Below, piece by piece: positions 63,801-64,000 of a DNA stretch of 64,000 nucleotides (the stretch's first letter is position 1; each line of letters starts with the position of its first letter). The stretch is taken from NCBI GenBank assembly GCA_964354795.1, contig CAYHBB010000040.1, forward strand, positions 12,593 to 76,592. Direction: 5' to 3'. Made by a program: the position numbers and the translations under genes. The stretch comes from an uncultured Planctomycetales bacterium (GTDB lineage Bacteria; Omnitrophota; Gorgyraeia; Gygaellales; Profunditerraquicolaceae). The notes under the pieces are model-generated. The model was given only the letters and a program-made list of their open reading frames with translations. It was not told the DNA's origin and did no database searches.

Positions 63801-64000
63801 ATCGAAAGTGCCGGATGATAAATTGATTTTATCCTTCTGTAGGACCTATTTATGCTTTCTTCAAGAGAGTCTGATAAACTTACTCCGGAATTATCCACAT
63901 TAAAGATAAGATTTTGTATGCGCGAGGTATCGTCAAAATAAGCTGGCGTATGCGAAACATGCTTGCCCTTCGTCGCCCAATCGCGTATAAATACCGGGAT
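27839..64000 (-). CDS. Giant multidomain membrane (poly)protein, at least 12,053 aa, 5'-truncated by the window edge
   Basis: Uninterrupted frame from stop TAA at 27839-27841. The 34 codons upstream of the ORF-track GTG (63898) are also open to base 64000 (IPVFIRDWATKGKHVSHTPAYFDDTSRIQNLIFN). Recognisable domains occur throughout. Confidence 0.93.
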   Translation of the reverse strand: MPVFIRDWATKGKHVSHTPAYFDDTSRIQNLIFNVDNSGVSLSDSLEESINRSYRRIKSIYHPALSISARPQNLGRLPFKAVISDLDGTLAHTLKEVPESVMQKLLYLLQLGVQVAIVTTQSYKEVEKYLIKAVPLQHRSLLHNLTVYPATGSQGFGFDQNGQPLKEALYDTAKAIMSDAQLDKWREIIDDLLAEYGLTKPVADDNGEIIYNSVKIIDAGSQIIVRLKERAFLRRQVYKRLEEQLEKDKLLIELKEIGHSSIRMTMKEVDKSLAVKHHLTKVCLRRFGAVPKPNEVVILGNSFDESGDDREMMVKGAKVFSVGGRIHHRHLRAGIEFYPFHGWRGGDYVLGELINLIRIRMKIEDKGEGKGQDKGVLLENKPQEELGAKTEKDRSEELGVRAEAIRREFPGIKIGVIGATMPSKGYSAEIGQELGRKLSQYLGAEGFVFTGGVGGVGADVFKGMCSENKAGRERFFALLPEGLTPDRKYQEAAGDKDVKVAHIGRGMFERRIGVGKVADIVIVLNGSGGTMHEAVTTLQANKKLIVLNHGGIGAKLYAAKTNNSLTLELATEGFRQEDLENIVLADIASIAEALRKALGVNEGAFSRGPPLINKALSAILVPILLALPFFAAFSSTASYAEEVRITETEKKAEIEKLIEDLRRKNYWLPNDGALAIYRLKDIGLPAVPYLIEALTTTYTTDDPIIRALAKIGSPAVPALIEASKNENYKVRSGAIEALGQIGPTAKEAIPNFIQALKDKEWYVRASAAEALGKIGPAARNAIPGLIKAMKDEEKYVRSSAAEALGDIGPVAKDAVPALIEALKDQEKDVRSSATEALGKIGPAAKDAVPALIETLKDADYWVCHCAAEALKKIGPEGKDAVRALIELLNNQKACYEVADVLSGIGPAAKDAVPSLIKLLEDKTYIGFCYKAAEALGNIGSEAKDAVPHLIKALNSYGERESATNALVKIGSPAVPFLIDVLKDEKSDCRNHAAKVLSDIGAPAITALLEELKNKNIDKAVVARILDESGWKPQNPKEMIMYAVAKGDLEALADLRIGPETKEAVPYLIAALKNNDYDDHKYAARLLGRIGPAAKDAVPALVEALNDYGAGEEAVTALGNIGPEAKSAIPALAKELKEHSFLPAEKAESIVSALAKIGDPAADCLIESLNGSNQSLVEASVFGLQTIAKDTSDITLLLRLMEIRQSGVSLSALNRICQVGDISIVQRLQFIASNEFKNSKEERQAAKEALEAIKARTSAGEWAKAFPAKEPLKFKKYLKPAGIIVGALAALYVIASAISYIRARIRSGRSNSKFTALFLIFALSSCVFAPAVVFAQNTNTDTQPVITQPDETKQKKIEELIGKLEDKDWRVRETAIRTLAEIKDPAAVEPLIRVLRGVNYDQIIFIRDSAAYALGEIGDPRAIAPLMSALDDESGNVGFIEAPVALAKIGQPAVEPLLKAMKDSTWRVHRGAIIALGELKEARAVDLLIKDLLDPQVRSYAAESLQKIMESTDDASVLLKILEINTWRVGNSENFGCGSRKEYIKEARSDVIRTRLAAIRRLSVTADTNAALMLRLVSQNEIKYSKEEREAAKKALEVIKARTPAGEWAKAFPVKEPHSFKKYLKPAGIISGALVALYAIVSIISIIRARIISKKAQNQPGQGQNTTTLNSVLPILPLASIDKLILLSPYLVYTSLVLASLAILIYALYKLTQKQRAPPAKALAFILALLATLTGQPNTTTALAQEPATNTTITQFQPDEATQKRIEELIRKLKDVHGYDADALGKIGSLAVPALIEVLKDKEPFVRHRAAEALGKIGPAAKDAIPALIAALKVGRPGAGTAAEALGQIGPDAKDAIPALIEILKDKGWWGRESAAEALGKIGPAAIDAVPALSEALKSEKFIVRYAATKALGQIGPTARDAIPALINALKDKNESIRLCAAEALDQIGPPAKDAMPKLIEALKDEYEDDSVRRKAAEALGQIGPDAKDAIFLLIKALKDESIRLSAAEALVKIGPPAIPSLIEALEDEYSNVRSCAAEALGKIGPPAIPSLIEALKHGRYEVRWRAAEALGQIRPAAKDAVPALIEALLYQSSDSRVREKAAKALESITVFTQDVPTLVRLLDEGGFRIAAITRLGEVGDITALFKLQLIAQNEIKFSKAESQAAKEALEAIKLRVTPEEWAKATAKQPLNLKKYLKPAAIIAGILILLYPVICLISFIRARKRSPLTQGPQDKANTNSLNSLIPAHVLAFMTNIIPADANLICVGLLVLGIVILFSLRKLTQNTRAPPVSKNVKAPAFLLVFLSFLLGISSTATTYAQDTNNNPAITQTDEATKKKIEGLITALKDEDRHVRESAIEALGEIGEKEAFPVLIAALDGSEIVHQSAVKALRYFDQALPEWYIRRYEKIELLTVALTKGRKDTRLAAAKVLGEFRDSTAVGLLVEALRDADVDVSSAAASSLKSIAESTQDVPALLRILDTRRNISITGEFEAVRIITIKRLGNVGGSNVIPRIQLIVQNEIKHPKEERQAAKEALGAIKARTPAEEWAKAFTAKEPLSLKKYLRPAGITLAVLILIYPVVCFISYIRARISLRKIRAGKSNPTFLTLLFAFILPFSALYSLTVNAQDTKANPATNQIDKAIQEITKELIEKLIDQDPRVRQDAAAALTKIGPPATPALNELLELLADTGHNLPVFTGGLSSPRDVAIKTIVRMDKRLTVPLLTEALKNKFSSIREGAIIALGEIRDKQAIPALIEALSSSRYFTCGIGWPYHSLYDQGFGPIFHTLAQFDESIVPEIIKISGKASSDCKINLEETVFGFGQSAIPYLEAALSSKDFETRTFAVRVLDKLSWTPRDKELKILYFVAKCDRKGLSETGNQAIPYIIDAISLKPGFSSSDNFIKVLVGLRTPESWEAIIGLISAGKGFVNDSVRDSVKDEIRSSKNNGLIMKILAVPDSEIRVAAIEAIETFEDLQITKILLKTLSDEDESVRMASENTIIKYISGSPSFDMLVEFARSDNLRVRAKALSALGQLKDKKAIRVFSENIFNKDKELQKQVIFCIGELGPDTRELVPELLKLLKGKDLPVLLTTIEALGKIQDSRAVEPLIELLKDGHSEGAREVVYSSLTNIIEVTQDVSLLIKLLDSKDAKIYLISIRRLGQVGGIVALPRIQFIAANEFKHSQQERQAAKQALEAIRARTPAEEWAKAFPVKEPRNIKKYLKPAGMIAGISAALYIIVSAISYVRARIKRGLIQKQKGQGPTSTTCLNIFLPLAFMDKFATVNTDLIYAALAFIALAGIFYGISKIAIKKIGAQESPVVGLAWAGNFLAYACFVALFVYKFTAGNIVGGLAAAIIAMTLVANILFQSFVLIKAVSETRQVERYTAIKCHAKSVIFWGVLFLTLHLINAALLSWGVIIWGALLCPCFAKCLEATRSLWTASSFTLEGKIGLTPFIWIVPVFISVYLCLYWYPKFNMAVSDTSSLLEKLSKGQPYFIIEPKKDEQDGFSNYGLRDLPETRHSYVLSRDYEQEKKLRNEWADEILSNRGQFIQQIVQLGEAGDINTVSQLQFIMQNEIKYSKEERQAAKQALEAIKARVTPEEWAKKSATPEKELVLKKYLKPAGIIAAIIILLYPVACLISFIYARIKSRKTNPKLLSILAVSALPYFAILPETTHAQDTNSTQIQSVAQTDEASQKKIKELIRKLMNNEDRNVRKEAVRAFGKIEDPGAVTSMIEALGDESYIVRKTAAEILGVLRDSKAVSPLIKALGDGYTNAYSRARYSYHNEVGQVAADALAKIGQPAVDSLIGALKNENLWVRENAVRGLGQIKDPRAFEALAEALGDKHGGFRSHVIEALGKSKDVRASEIIIKALTDDYLFVRESAAKVLGELKDPRAVEQLIKALRDEEMPVREAAAKALREINDPRAVKPLIDALKDKDVTVRQIASESLVKIGPPAVDSLTKTLKDRDVILRVLAAEILTKIKDPRAIGPLINALQNKDTHEVAINSLKIFSESTEDIAGLRALLNVEESDINLQAIKKLAEIGDIDVASELQFIAGNEFKHSKQEREIAKQALEAIKARTPAEEWTKATAQQPLNFKKYLKPAAIAGGVFALFYIITSIISYVLVRTKSTGLQKKNDSVRKEKQIRQQSQSKYAKSKTKSLITILIIVFLSNILPNQRKAYAQYDDQRSIEEILDLSSKIRVLGESKDKRAVQVLIRALNDGDILIKAEAAKALGKIADEEAIPALIKALKDQYISKTASEALADIGYPAVPGLIGALKDEDRFIFKSAGEALMKIGSPAVPALIHILKEKSYYVRKQAADSLIYIGPSVIKPILQELRISSNEYLSKAGSEIIVGIGQPAIPELISALNDENLSFIREKIAEILDKLKWEPKTNQEKIPYFFAKHDWAGLVKIGPDAVEPLIKIIVDKDSYFNIEAAKALKEIGDPRAIEPLRAYTKTIIEKLERGSGFGREYLVKALGEIGGQEAIGALIKALKDYSVREEAVKALGKLGEIGDPKATEALIKALEDYSVREEAMEALGKIGDIRAVKPLNSIALNEIKYNEGQRNNAKAALEQIKNKVSPREWEKATSKSYKFKQFMKTAGVVLGVSALIYMIVLSISYIRARERSRKLLSGKFNSSLLIMLLAFILSPALFSSTASYAQGTNTSIEPEVTQIDVVNEKKIEELIEVLKNDGDEWVRNHAADALGKIGDRQAIPALIEALKDRSGSVRCSAVQALVKIGLPAGPALIEELKVTKDEDLDVRESIIITLGRIGEKQALPYLIGLLKDKTPRMRDCAVTALGRIGDKQALPYLIEALRQESWGVRSSAAQALGNLGDKEAVSVLLEALKDDEGSVRRYTIEALGKVGDIEVVSRLQAIAFNEIKYNKYERQAAKEAFEAIKARTTAEEWATVAGEAKKEPLNFRKYFKPAGIIAGTLALIYVLASAISYLISRSRSRAAENKINDKNGSSNLYGANLMLAPLFNDSGITTVLVCIAVAAIIAETIYRSLRWLMHRNSIIKGYDTYEKPQLMFSAIGFILVTLGLTGLYVVHNNLIFIPLAGKIIFTVFALNCILALRASLLMMKEKDEDLFGRAVPIGFTILNGLLLALFIINPGLISFWLIVSSVFALSVLISILSLDEFGWRARLGYFALFVLPVIIYYSFKIPTAFKDNDALIREYIEREEAERTESSGPSNFRNKYWTIPVLAGRSSRQISPLMIELLTDRDKRKSDLALTVLDAARWKPGTYHEKVAYALAQNRGKDSFVDDISSLGPQAIKPLIELLPRGDSKMREGMVEVLSRLGWRPKNDVEKIKYFIAKEDWKALSSLKNEAAPFLVFLLEDDCLRIREGAVAVLKEAGWSAASEEEKILYLIANKDWPELVRIGPPAVGALGRLKCKESIRALGEIGNEETARTLIAFGVEDSDVEEALLKVGKQATGPLIDEFSAVRWDARASSRKRAVIEMLGRIQDAGAVAALVKFLNENEEGMKWEISSALQPIADSTEDIEILIKLLEAKTSDIRKFAVIKTRLLIESTKDASVAIRSLKLKDSDLRLAAINRLGQIGALDAVDDLRAIASNEIKHSKKERDAAKQALEAIMARVSLEELAKAASAPEKKPLNLKKYLKPAGIIAGALAAFYAIISIISFVCARIRSRLTQRPQNQNNTTSLNSFAPVIPLAFAGSIATINLSPVIYAVLGIFVLGILAYLIQRLIQEIRAPPAQGKAALPFLKTMSEVVKIGKEERIDKDTLAKVVRFGTESRGGAGFIVGIIAVVICVTLIIFNVIYTYAAAFALFAAILIPVILLQSDSGVALFGKGVDLVRFSFRFSIFPLRFESISREYDYSSALNPEHFYILRRFKKEIGERLFDDIRNQARKQFAKGEDLLVLGAVIEIAYRMHQQNKDIRHLLEIPVPVAIDVSGNLSEFKVNLDIVEQILTKLSDAALIQDKGSFRAYFEKFDKDLRPINAEQTVESIGLLEYRLKQQGFDIQNFYDEVFKGMSKATLSGALDIIFEIIRHGLFPTEQLINLAKSAADRIALYRDWQAMLTQIKAGRFDINNPMHTELEYSNFRRIVDNSRIIAMQFKNLSYKDYIRFSGTGCHGLSGLPDSGTIEHELVYAAYEALKLKEFIEAVKVQSASFGRDVWIMPNFTLGRFSAAFIEGDLKLDDIDIVFAKVGSSETHTNPYYIDPKFVRSQILYRMLAERPVVIVVDTTQHNRYPDAHQGYLNLAIALNEIISGEDESRYAHLVYRDAKFIRDLRANNDFKAIKKIIQKEFDNISERGLKDTSLYGFRFWNPRGEKLHIRQYRQNAGYPDVLNIRDLKSPAFIFVNTVVTDKELPDSVKKMAGNTGHTPGYFDDKEYLRIVHLFFKFTEDGVHLADHLYELEMRDLESLMPKSQRKKAVLPRSVPVAKTEAVKMDDAKADPVATTNNYNEIKVRRLIDELTDRNAKIRADAAGALGDYAGNETIAQALRKALLNDKGREVRYWAASSLGVIGLKDSGKDLIAALHNDSAVEVRKVSARALKKFADPSTIPALAKSLEDERSDEVRQEVIQALRNIKDNGVLLVLLKTIKEDKDPIIRTMAAEAYLDVGGKAVVSEAIKYLNDKDETLRAIIAEGLGDLTDSLAEKTAEVVEVLSELLLVDKSEEVREKTAWSLGQLGDPGALGAVEKALKAEGSKKVRETLSWARDRLIKAKASGIVVTERKKVKVIEPQIDKQEKAPQEVSSAVAIQGVKIDLSKINGFIFGLEDCIATLKQPVSLAINDHLVNLLRCGKHIAIITDETEDNLESRVWAQIPKELLKNLHLYSNTGTRGFGFDERGNKVGYYRFELSANDRQTILEVVKNALTGLSYKIKRQDYKVKIKISSKLAKERRKFASEIEEALRAKGLSAEIIFQGEESLNILRFGPFEAARDFISRTGLSEENLIIVGNKARSFGMERRLLASFPRAVSINVGCNSPTIAEQKQNIIQTELKNLIATQSILDTIGGNARTEIKSSPQKPRAPNSLLRRFWILPFFFILSFLAITNPNLAYAQETTNTAIQTTAQTDQTTQQKIAELIKQLKRRASSDECCSAADALGKIGPAAKDAVPALSEALKDKLWYVRSSISVAKALGEIGPAAKDAVPALIRVLQYQYPEVRSAAAEALAKIGPAAVPALDEALKDEDWLARSPDAEALVKIGQPAVEPLIKVLSGKDPKARSLAAEALGKIGDRTAVEPLIKALGDAGYTEWSFRSSAAEALGKIADQRAVEPLIKALGHTCEDVNRSTLGALLSLAGNLKDVPALLRLTEAGDKESRIRLIAIQRLGQFSDTSAIRRLNLIASNKIRFKEAEREAAKGALNAIKARVSTEEWVKATGAAEKKPLQLKKYLKPAGIILGAIILFYPIICLISFFRARLKSGRFNSMLLSLFLMFTLFSLVFLFANACTKQTKELNAYAQKRDELLTGLWDDDQKVRKHSVEELAKMLEDDNVLKGLIHYYNLRSWRGHDEVAEATVNDVLQKTLAPIVWRIFCIPSNDSRSDNDIKEACEAIRKGELDLESITRLLHKDLCDEKPIEILCALQDPRTIEPLIEELKEGEIFGHTGDNIVKVLGEKRDPRAILPLLESRRLWDNSNLSVYSEEATALKKICEETKNRDLLATHLTNAVPAVRARTIVALGACIVDSKGDHEALKKYFDTLIRMKEDKNEEVQRAIAYALKEFKEVRETIGSLNSVSALLSLLTIDDPDVLQVVTNTLIKIGQPAVEPLIKLLKDQDQAKHKIVISVMRSIAQSTQNIPVLLKLIEVNEGGINLLAIQRLGQFSDIAVIPNLQFIAQNEFKYSSGERQAAKGALEAIKARVSLEEWAKATGAAEKKPLQLKKYLNAAGIIAGALAALYAIIAFASYISARIRSRLNRSNLKLLTILLMFALSSSIFYSPATYAQDTNSNPATTKTDEATKKEIERLVVFLDYGDWDIRFSAAKALAELKDPRAVKPLITALKDEYGHVRPSVVEALAKIGSSAVEFLIAVMKNDEVFDRQSAAETLKLIVESSSDNPALLRLLKVNDYDFRLLSLKRLVKVGDLSAIPKLQFISQNEIKYSKEERQAAQEAMEAIKARVSSEEWAKATSKQSLSLKKYLKPVGLILGVFALFYIFASAVSYVFSRKNSTVRQKLKGKDVKKITQANCAILPLALSTPFVNDGIGLGIVVIVMLAGVFVLYYFMRKMGNERIFDEKHPAAVNWGVTGMIFNILSFGSIAIYLLVLKLCSAVATPFFAKVILAAMVINLLLFAISLICELRDDGLKGNSPSLGFMLINAFFIVLYLLNPALITAGTLIWGFFTAVAFLLVLDKLERRECLPGFLIIFLPGIIFLSFKINTSIKETPVLIEEFSSENASPLLAYKRDNWIVPTLENRNAAVPQMVDLLTDADNEKVSLAIKVLDMAGWKPRTSDEKISYTTAKYNYNELSAKLFEIESRAPGSILILLTDRRDSVRSAAIAALKKKDWCPRGEAEEIDYAIACKDWQKLINIGKPSLPRLVKHLSNDYAQERKSVVSVLTSLEWVPASEEDKIRYMAAKQDYEGLVNSAPAAAEYLIRDIFVQDPEIKKFAITVLVKIRPEKTIGPLMQMFGGFSEDSSFAEEALVKIGEPAVEPLVQSLKDTRRYGRLPAARTLARIDSERKVCALIRLVDDKDEEVSKIATEGLRATVENTTNLSALSEVTKAKHPEISSVAIRRLGEIGDTSVIAALRDISVNEIKQSKQIRNSATAALEAIKARATPEEWTKATAAPEKKPLNLKKYLKPAGIILGVGVIFYVFVSIISFIYTRIKSRKINSTLFIVLVMSALSWAVFSSTAIYAQETNNAAKPLIAQTVKVTQERIEEIISSLEYYSWSNNRREDIQSRITELARIGEPAVPVLIKALRGKASSLVVKALIEIGQPAVPGLIEALKDKDNLQCRLCALEALAGLGKINTSVVPVLIGLLRDKKEEINIRGTSAWVLGQISDRQAIPALIEVLKNEKQFLRGCSARSLSKLDWKPQDLQEKIAYLIGMKDWGALADIGPPAFSALAEEFKDLYSFEDMEAAAIALGKTGDRQAVPVLIEIYKIYGSESVAKILIGIGDQQAVSAFIENLNSRSNDRLRSVAACSLGELKDLRAIEPLIKALSDEDEGVRNSAASSLISITESVSDRDTLLKCLKVKHLNIRLAAIHRLSRFGDISAVPSLRFISANEIKHSKAERQAAQAALEAIRARVAPEDWAKVTAVTETKPLSLKKYLKPVGIVLGIGVISYIFVSIISFICARIRSGRGIDTSAGKSGSSRIESLWGICAIFAFAGLVLAPLFALHVAGPALAALFAFPLLSTTLQSATDDAKFTFVTEKSIRSAISYLQAQGSPVSLHEIAILLLSNENTVRRFVDEHPDLRRALLVVGSSYDREISLAIERLKRKGMPVSVRSLAQETRYKGKMGLAESAIVWRANNDPKVQEKIREAIGKRGRLKDDGKESITSEREDRILYLIDLISIDIGEIADSVLENSRDLKEIDDLIAVARDRVKELRELFEANPEEIIKQRKILISLIDEIAGIQDELEENESKISEEADKAFQEWRLALRELAACPVLKWLMSFKLPGWFKKWVFEPDMLFEAQKYWWGEKKGRLSTFSHEGIDLYSYEDSQGKIQYVQPGQGVPLIYGGKIVRIIDDFIGNTIFVNHEVYDGEGKQLYTIYGHVQPEQGIEEGRICRAQDIIVRIADPRQKLTSAPAHLHLTMAWIAKEIKPADLNWQIVNDPEKATLIEPYKSRDLSDDKEGPDTFGASSILIMIGVASAAIGALAALTAVHGLALILGACVLGAVVSAAEKPRIGENVIVAHSSSKIYEEAIKEWGVIKAADGTVDIYYIPGNFTARKKPDAFGNYPDYFVTIKNRLSGFEFSIGRDDIATHFPPEKGTVEAAIAKKRKQASLYAKRLDDISRFGQALSPDERASLNELLARSGVGDDDFGIIDTLYAKLESAIKVRKALDKLKVIMKRKGMAEFYFTPNERAFLDSAIQRYESQGPIDLLTREEITALDEIYNKLTCAQTALEKARRAWARGDTRRANEAVDDHFINATVAHLANLYLANRYARAIGEGRVQNVMDIGAGRSAFYTVIKQIGKAMPMAKIVDIEKDVESYSEGQNPNKVLVESAATLDRPIDLSQAPLSDYYRAGAYDVLVSNFVFVHLTPKERLKVFVHANRLLRASTSEEPNERTGEFAITLPLNCQPCEGFFSILTELGFEIVSDSPINNTLDDRIYNSCKSDMGKDAADALRSLVEKKFYVLILRKVKDVTRVPEIEEKDLLFSKSEIRPLGKNKPETTEVDPVQLEALYLAANLSADAIISPSSDRVRKTDLAGKNPELEDILFELRTLKPFLPARTRHQLELLLVQWYDAQDHVRSDFAQRLSEISGQLEPYYSVAKIKSHLPEVKAWYEETGADEFDARLEATDYMSKDDLIRLKRRRDRAVGLTPAEIEKHFPGFIDALLTSAAMDFPGAVSLLKRWPKGGKFLPEEINEVYYEQAKGETLLLKKGTIHWTKVPVPVQRFLICELLKASGKSRLSRLASSDFDIKVLGAKNTLRGFYNHYGSSVQKVVDALGDVELELTNEEIEEAAKKLFERQRTLWENVDVRVQQFLIRELLEASGKSRLSQLTLDAFANAKILGSKKALSGLCYHYGGNIQQMVDALGDVELELQEEQIEEMGKKLLEEKIASWSNVDARIQRFLIRKLMEASGKSKLSLLTTTNFSTIKIMGSGKTLRGLFCHYGSDIQNIIDALGDVELELTEEKIGEVARNLLERQNIHWRKVDVRIQRFLIHELLGETGKLKLSQLNAPDFKDTRIMGTGKRLWGFYIYYGRDVAKIIDALGDVELELTEGQIEEAARKLLEKQKTFWENVDVRIQRFLIRELLEETGKSRLSQLTVHDFDNEVLGSGKTLTGLYNHYGQNIQNIIDALGNVEIELPAEQIVEAAKKLFAGQNIFWENVDVRIQRFLIRELLEETGKSRLSQLNAYDFYIEVLGSGKTLIGLCCHYGENIQNIIDALGNVEIELPAEQIVEAAKNLLEEGVDRWKNVDVRIQRFLICELLRACVKSRLSQLTDIDFMETGIMGTEKTLSALYAYYGRNIPSIIDTLGDVEVKLKLTDKKIEEAARKLLERKVSRWKNVDVRIQRFLMRKLLEAAGKSRLSQLTVHDFNTQVMGSEKTLAGLCRHYGMNVQKMVDALGDVMVEIGSTEEKMEEAARRLFDRPKTFWKNVDVRIQRFLIRKLLEAAGKSRLSQLTKGDFKNKLAGMGKTLGGLYTHYEMDIQNIIDALGDVTRSDGKAHPQKPDVARLASRIKKGDGSNFSRSGQTLIAFLVLVALCFILAPILIPGLIHAPPALAALFVIPLLAATIQSKKNRLYSNPKDSRLLIPSSEFYPDEGYVFRQAERYSLELALKEGKDREVVERTIERDRREYGRSAPEGGPRKGFIRVLNDKDIQDSVSLLPAFLLEGITYRRAESSIPLFITIFEQRNDLQGLLKGEITVADMPEGSLGELVDMAKATGFSPTRLIFTRDDKIAFLKQVLKLSMAHEVGELFTWANQDYLYAWENSPDRHNGSLRRYRVTSGRRVADFRHELCDYFMPYFWPDDPLLTNFALTESGREIITQMLVHGESSSCSPYCRINKVLKDAQKGEGDIFKACEDSIRNPSGEKTPLQIVRQLGWVLDRILRNDIDKARSITSGFKLEHLTDEGSEAIKELRAAISRSLGACNALIKTLHIAENMAKDKVSKMILQAVLRTVIHKFNNRVNIIQSYFDLTLNDKRGFAAEGLKAIKDSLDCIGKLIENLPKIDSVRGAGNPDAIGGLIEIFVPGISDISDFPYLVPESPIAIGKFDQKKTAELIKSTKLAGAQQVIVVEGSRAGMRVFLMPDDEAVKLSLSGQLIGRNDGIFIYSRIENIRFLVNRNSANKISGKPLNDQETLFLIQVKAEYVEKNFPSLVLDDPKALLEKASQMQLKLKEKAKASSWEKRPAVYPMYKELSERLAYFKSEALENIRLFAIRKDYVDVDTDNDGNSQDLGQEEN
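28540..28730 (-). other. Giant ORF: HisKA-like helical hairpin without an ATPase domain
   Basis: LRTVIHKFNNRVNIIQSYFDL resembles a sensor-kinase H-box (His codon 28682-28684). Confidence 0.35.
29050..29760 (-). other. Giant ORF: zincin-like domain with a non-canonical HExxE motif
   Basis: LSMAHEVGELF (29303-29317) and a downstream RHELCDYF. Confidence 0.35.
30080..32415 (-). repeat. Giant ORF: nine tandem 264-273-bp (88-91 aa) coding repeats
   Basis: Conserved Trp codons at 32408, 32144, 31877, 31610, 31343, 31079, 30815, 30542 and 30272. Consensus WxNVDVRIQRFLIRELLExxGKSRLSQLxxxDF..GxxKTLxGLxxHYGxxIQxIIDALGDVExEL..IEEAAxKLxE. Confidence 0.95.
33130..33790 (-). other. Giant ORF: class I SAM-dependent methyltransferase domain
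   Basis: VMDIGAG (DIGAG at 33692-33706), IVDIE, and YDVLVSNFVFVHL..HANRLLR. Confidence 0.75.
34730..35230 (-). other. Giant ORF: M23 (LytM-like) metallopeptidase domain
   Basis: HEGID (HxxxD, 35102-35116), YTIYGHV and AHLHL (HxH, 34811-34819). Confidence 0.8.
35640..35960 (-). other. Giant ORF: two helix-turn-helix-like units
   Basis: AISYLQAQGSPVSLHEIA..NTVRRF and AIERLKRKGMPVSVRSLAQE. Confidence 0.45.
36180..62160 (-). repeat. Giant ORF: 15 HEAT-like repeat cassettes, each ending in a conserved cap plus TM anchor
   Basis: Motif NE(I/F)KxSKxERxAAKxALEAIKAR..EW.KA..PLxxKKYLKPAG+TM+RAR near 60170, 59132, 57413, 56312, 54345, 53152, 51707, 50205 (divergent), 49222, 47134, 41902, 40430, 39664, 37684 and 36262. 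Interiors are PBS-lyase HEAT-like repeats (VRxxAAxALGxIG..AVPxLIxALxD); the cassette ending near 53152 has few of them. Confidence 0.92.
43050..43795 (-). other. Giant ORF: degenerate HAD-IIB domain
   Basis: Paralogous to the N-terminal HAD, but motif I is IFGLEDC (vs ISDLDGT) and motif IV is GNKARSFGME (vs GNSFDESGDD). Confidence 0.6.
62210..62770 (-). other. Giant ORF: SLOG/LOG-family nucleotide-binding domain
   Basis: KIGVIG, VFTGGVGGV, and ERR..ADIVIVLNGSGGTMHE (GGTxxE signature). Confidence 0.75.
62930..63770 (-). other. Giant ORF: HAD-superfamily IIB (Cof/PMM-like) phosphatase domain
   Basis: Motif I SDLDGT, motif II AIVT, motif III VDKS and motif IV LGNSFDESGDD. Confidence 0.8.

Noticed and set aside
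63896-63898. GTG start of the giant ORF as given in the ORF track
   Set aside because: No RBS is visible, and the frame is open to the window end with a recognisable repeated motif (HTPAYFDD) upstream.
27839-64000. Diversity-generating retroelement or shufflon as the source of variability
   Set aside because: No reverse transcriptase, no template/variable pair differing only at adenines, no recombinase and no inverted cassettes are seen in the window.
27839-64000. Giant ORF as an artefact of stop-codon recoding or repeat misassembly
   Set aside because: It is open in the standard code, and neighbouring genes end in TAA, TAG and TGA. The cassettes are divergent, with the exact shared stretches I noticed under about 100 bp. 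Long-read confirmation is still desirable.
1-64000. tRNA, rRNA or prophage genes
   Set aside because: Intergenic spaces are short and none showed cloverleaf or rRNA-like sequence by eye; no phage structural or integrase genes were recognised.

Overview
Bacterial chromosomal window in which every gene except one lies on the minus strand. The content (a giant membrane-tethered multidomain ORF) suggests a PVC-related candidate lineage such as Ca. Omnitrophota; this is inference, as no marker gene is present. The left 27.8 kb is housekeeping and metabolic: a Pho regulon (pstC partial, pstS, a DUF2490-like beta-barrel under a four-unit Pho box, and phoB-pit-DUF47-phoR), greA, mnmG, a RAYT/Y1 transposase between 36-bp inverted repeats, apgM, nrdJ with a consensus promoter and paired NrdR boxes, a LacI/ROK-associated beta-glycan uptake and hydrolysis locus, and a tandem PilZ gene. 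The right 36.2 kb is one ORF of at least 12,053 aa that remains open at the window edge. It reads like a polyprotein: 15 cassettes of variable HEAT-like repeats, each closed by the same cap plus transmembrane anchor, 12 of them opened by an internal signal-peptide-like segment ending in A|Q or A|E. RAPP/RGPP arrest-like motifs sit at several junctions. Other domains are a HAD phosphatase and a degenerate copy, SLOG/LOG, HTH-like units, an M23 peptidase, a SAM methyltransferase, a 9-copy ~89-aa repeat array with hypervariable positions, and HExxE- and HisKA-like segments. All domain calls come from motif reading; no searches were run.
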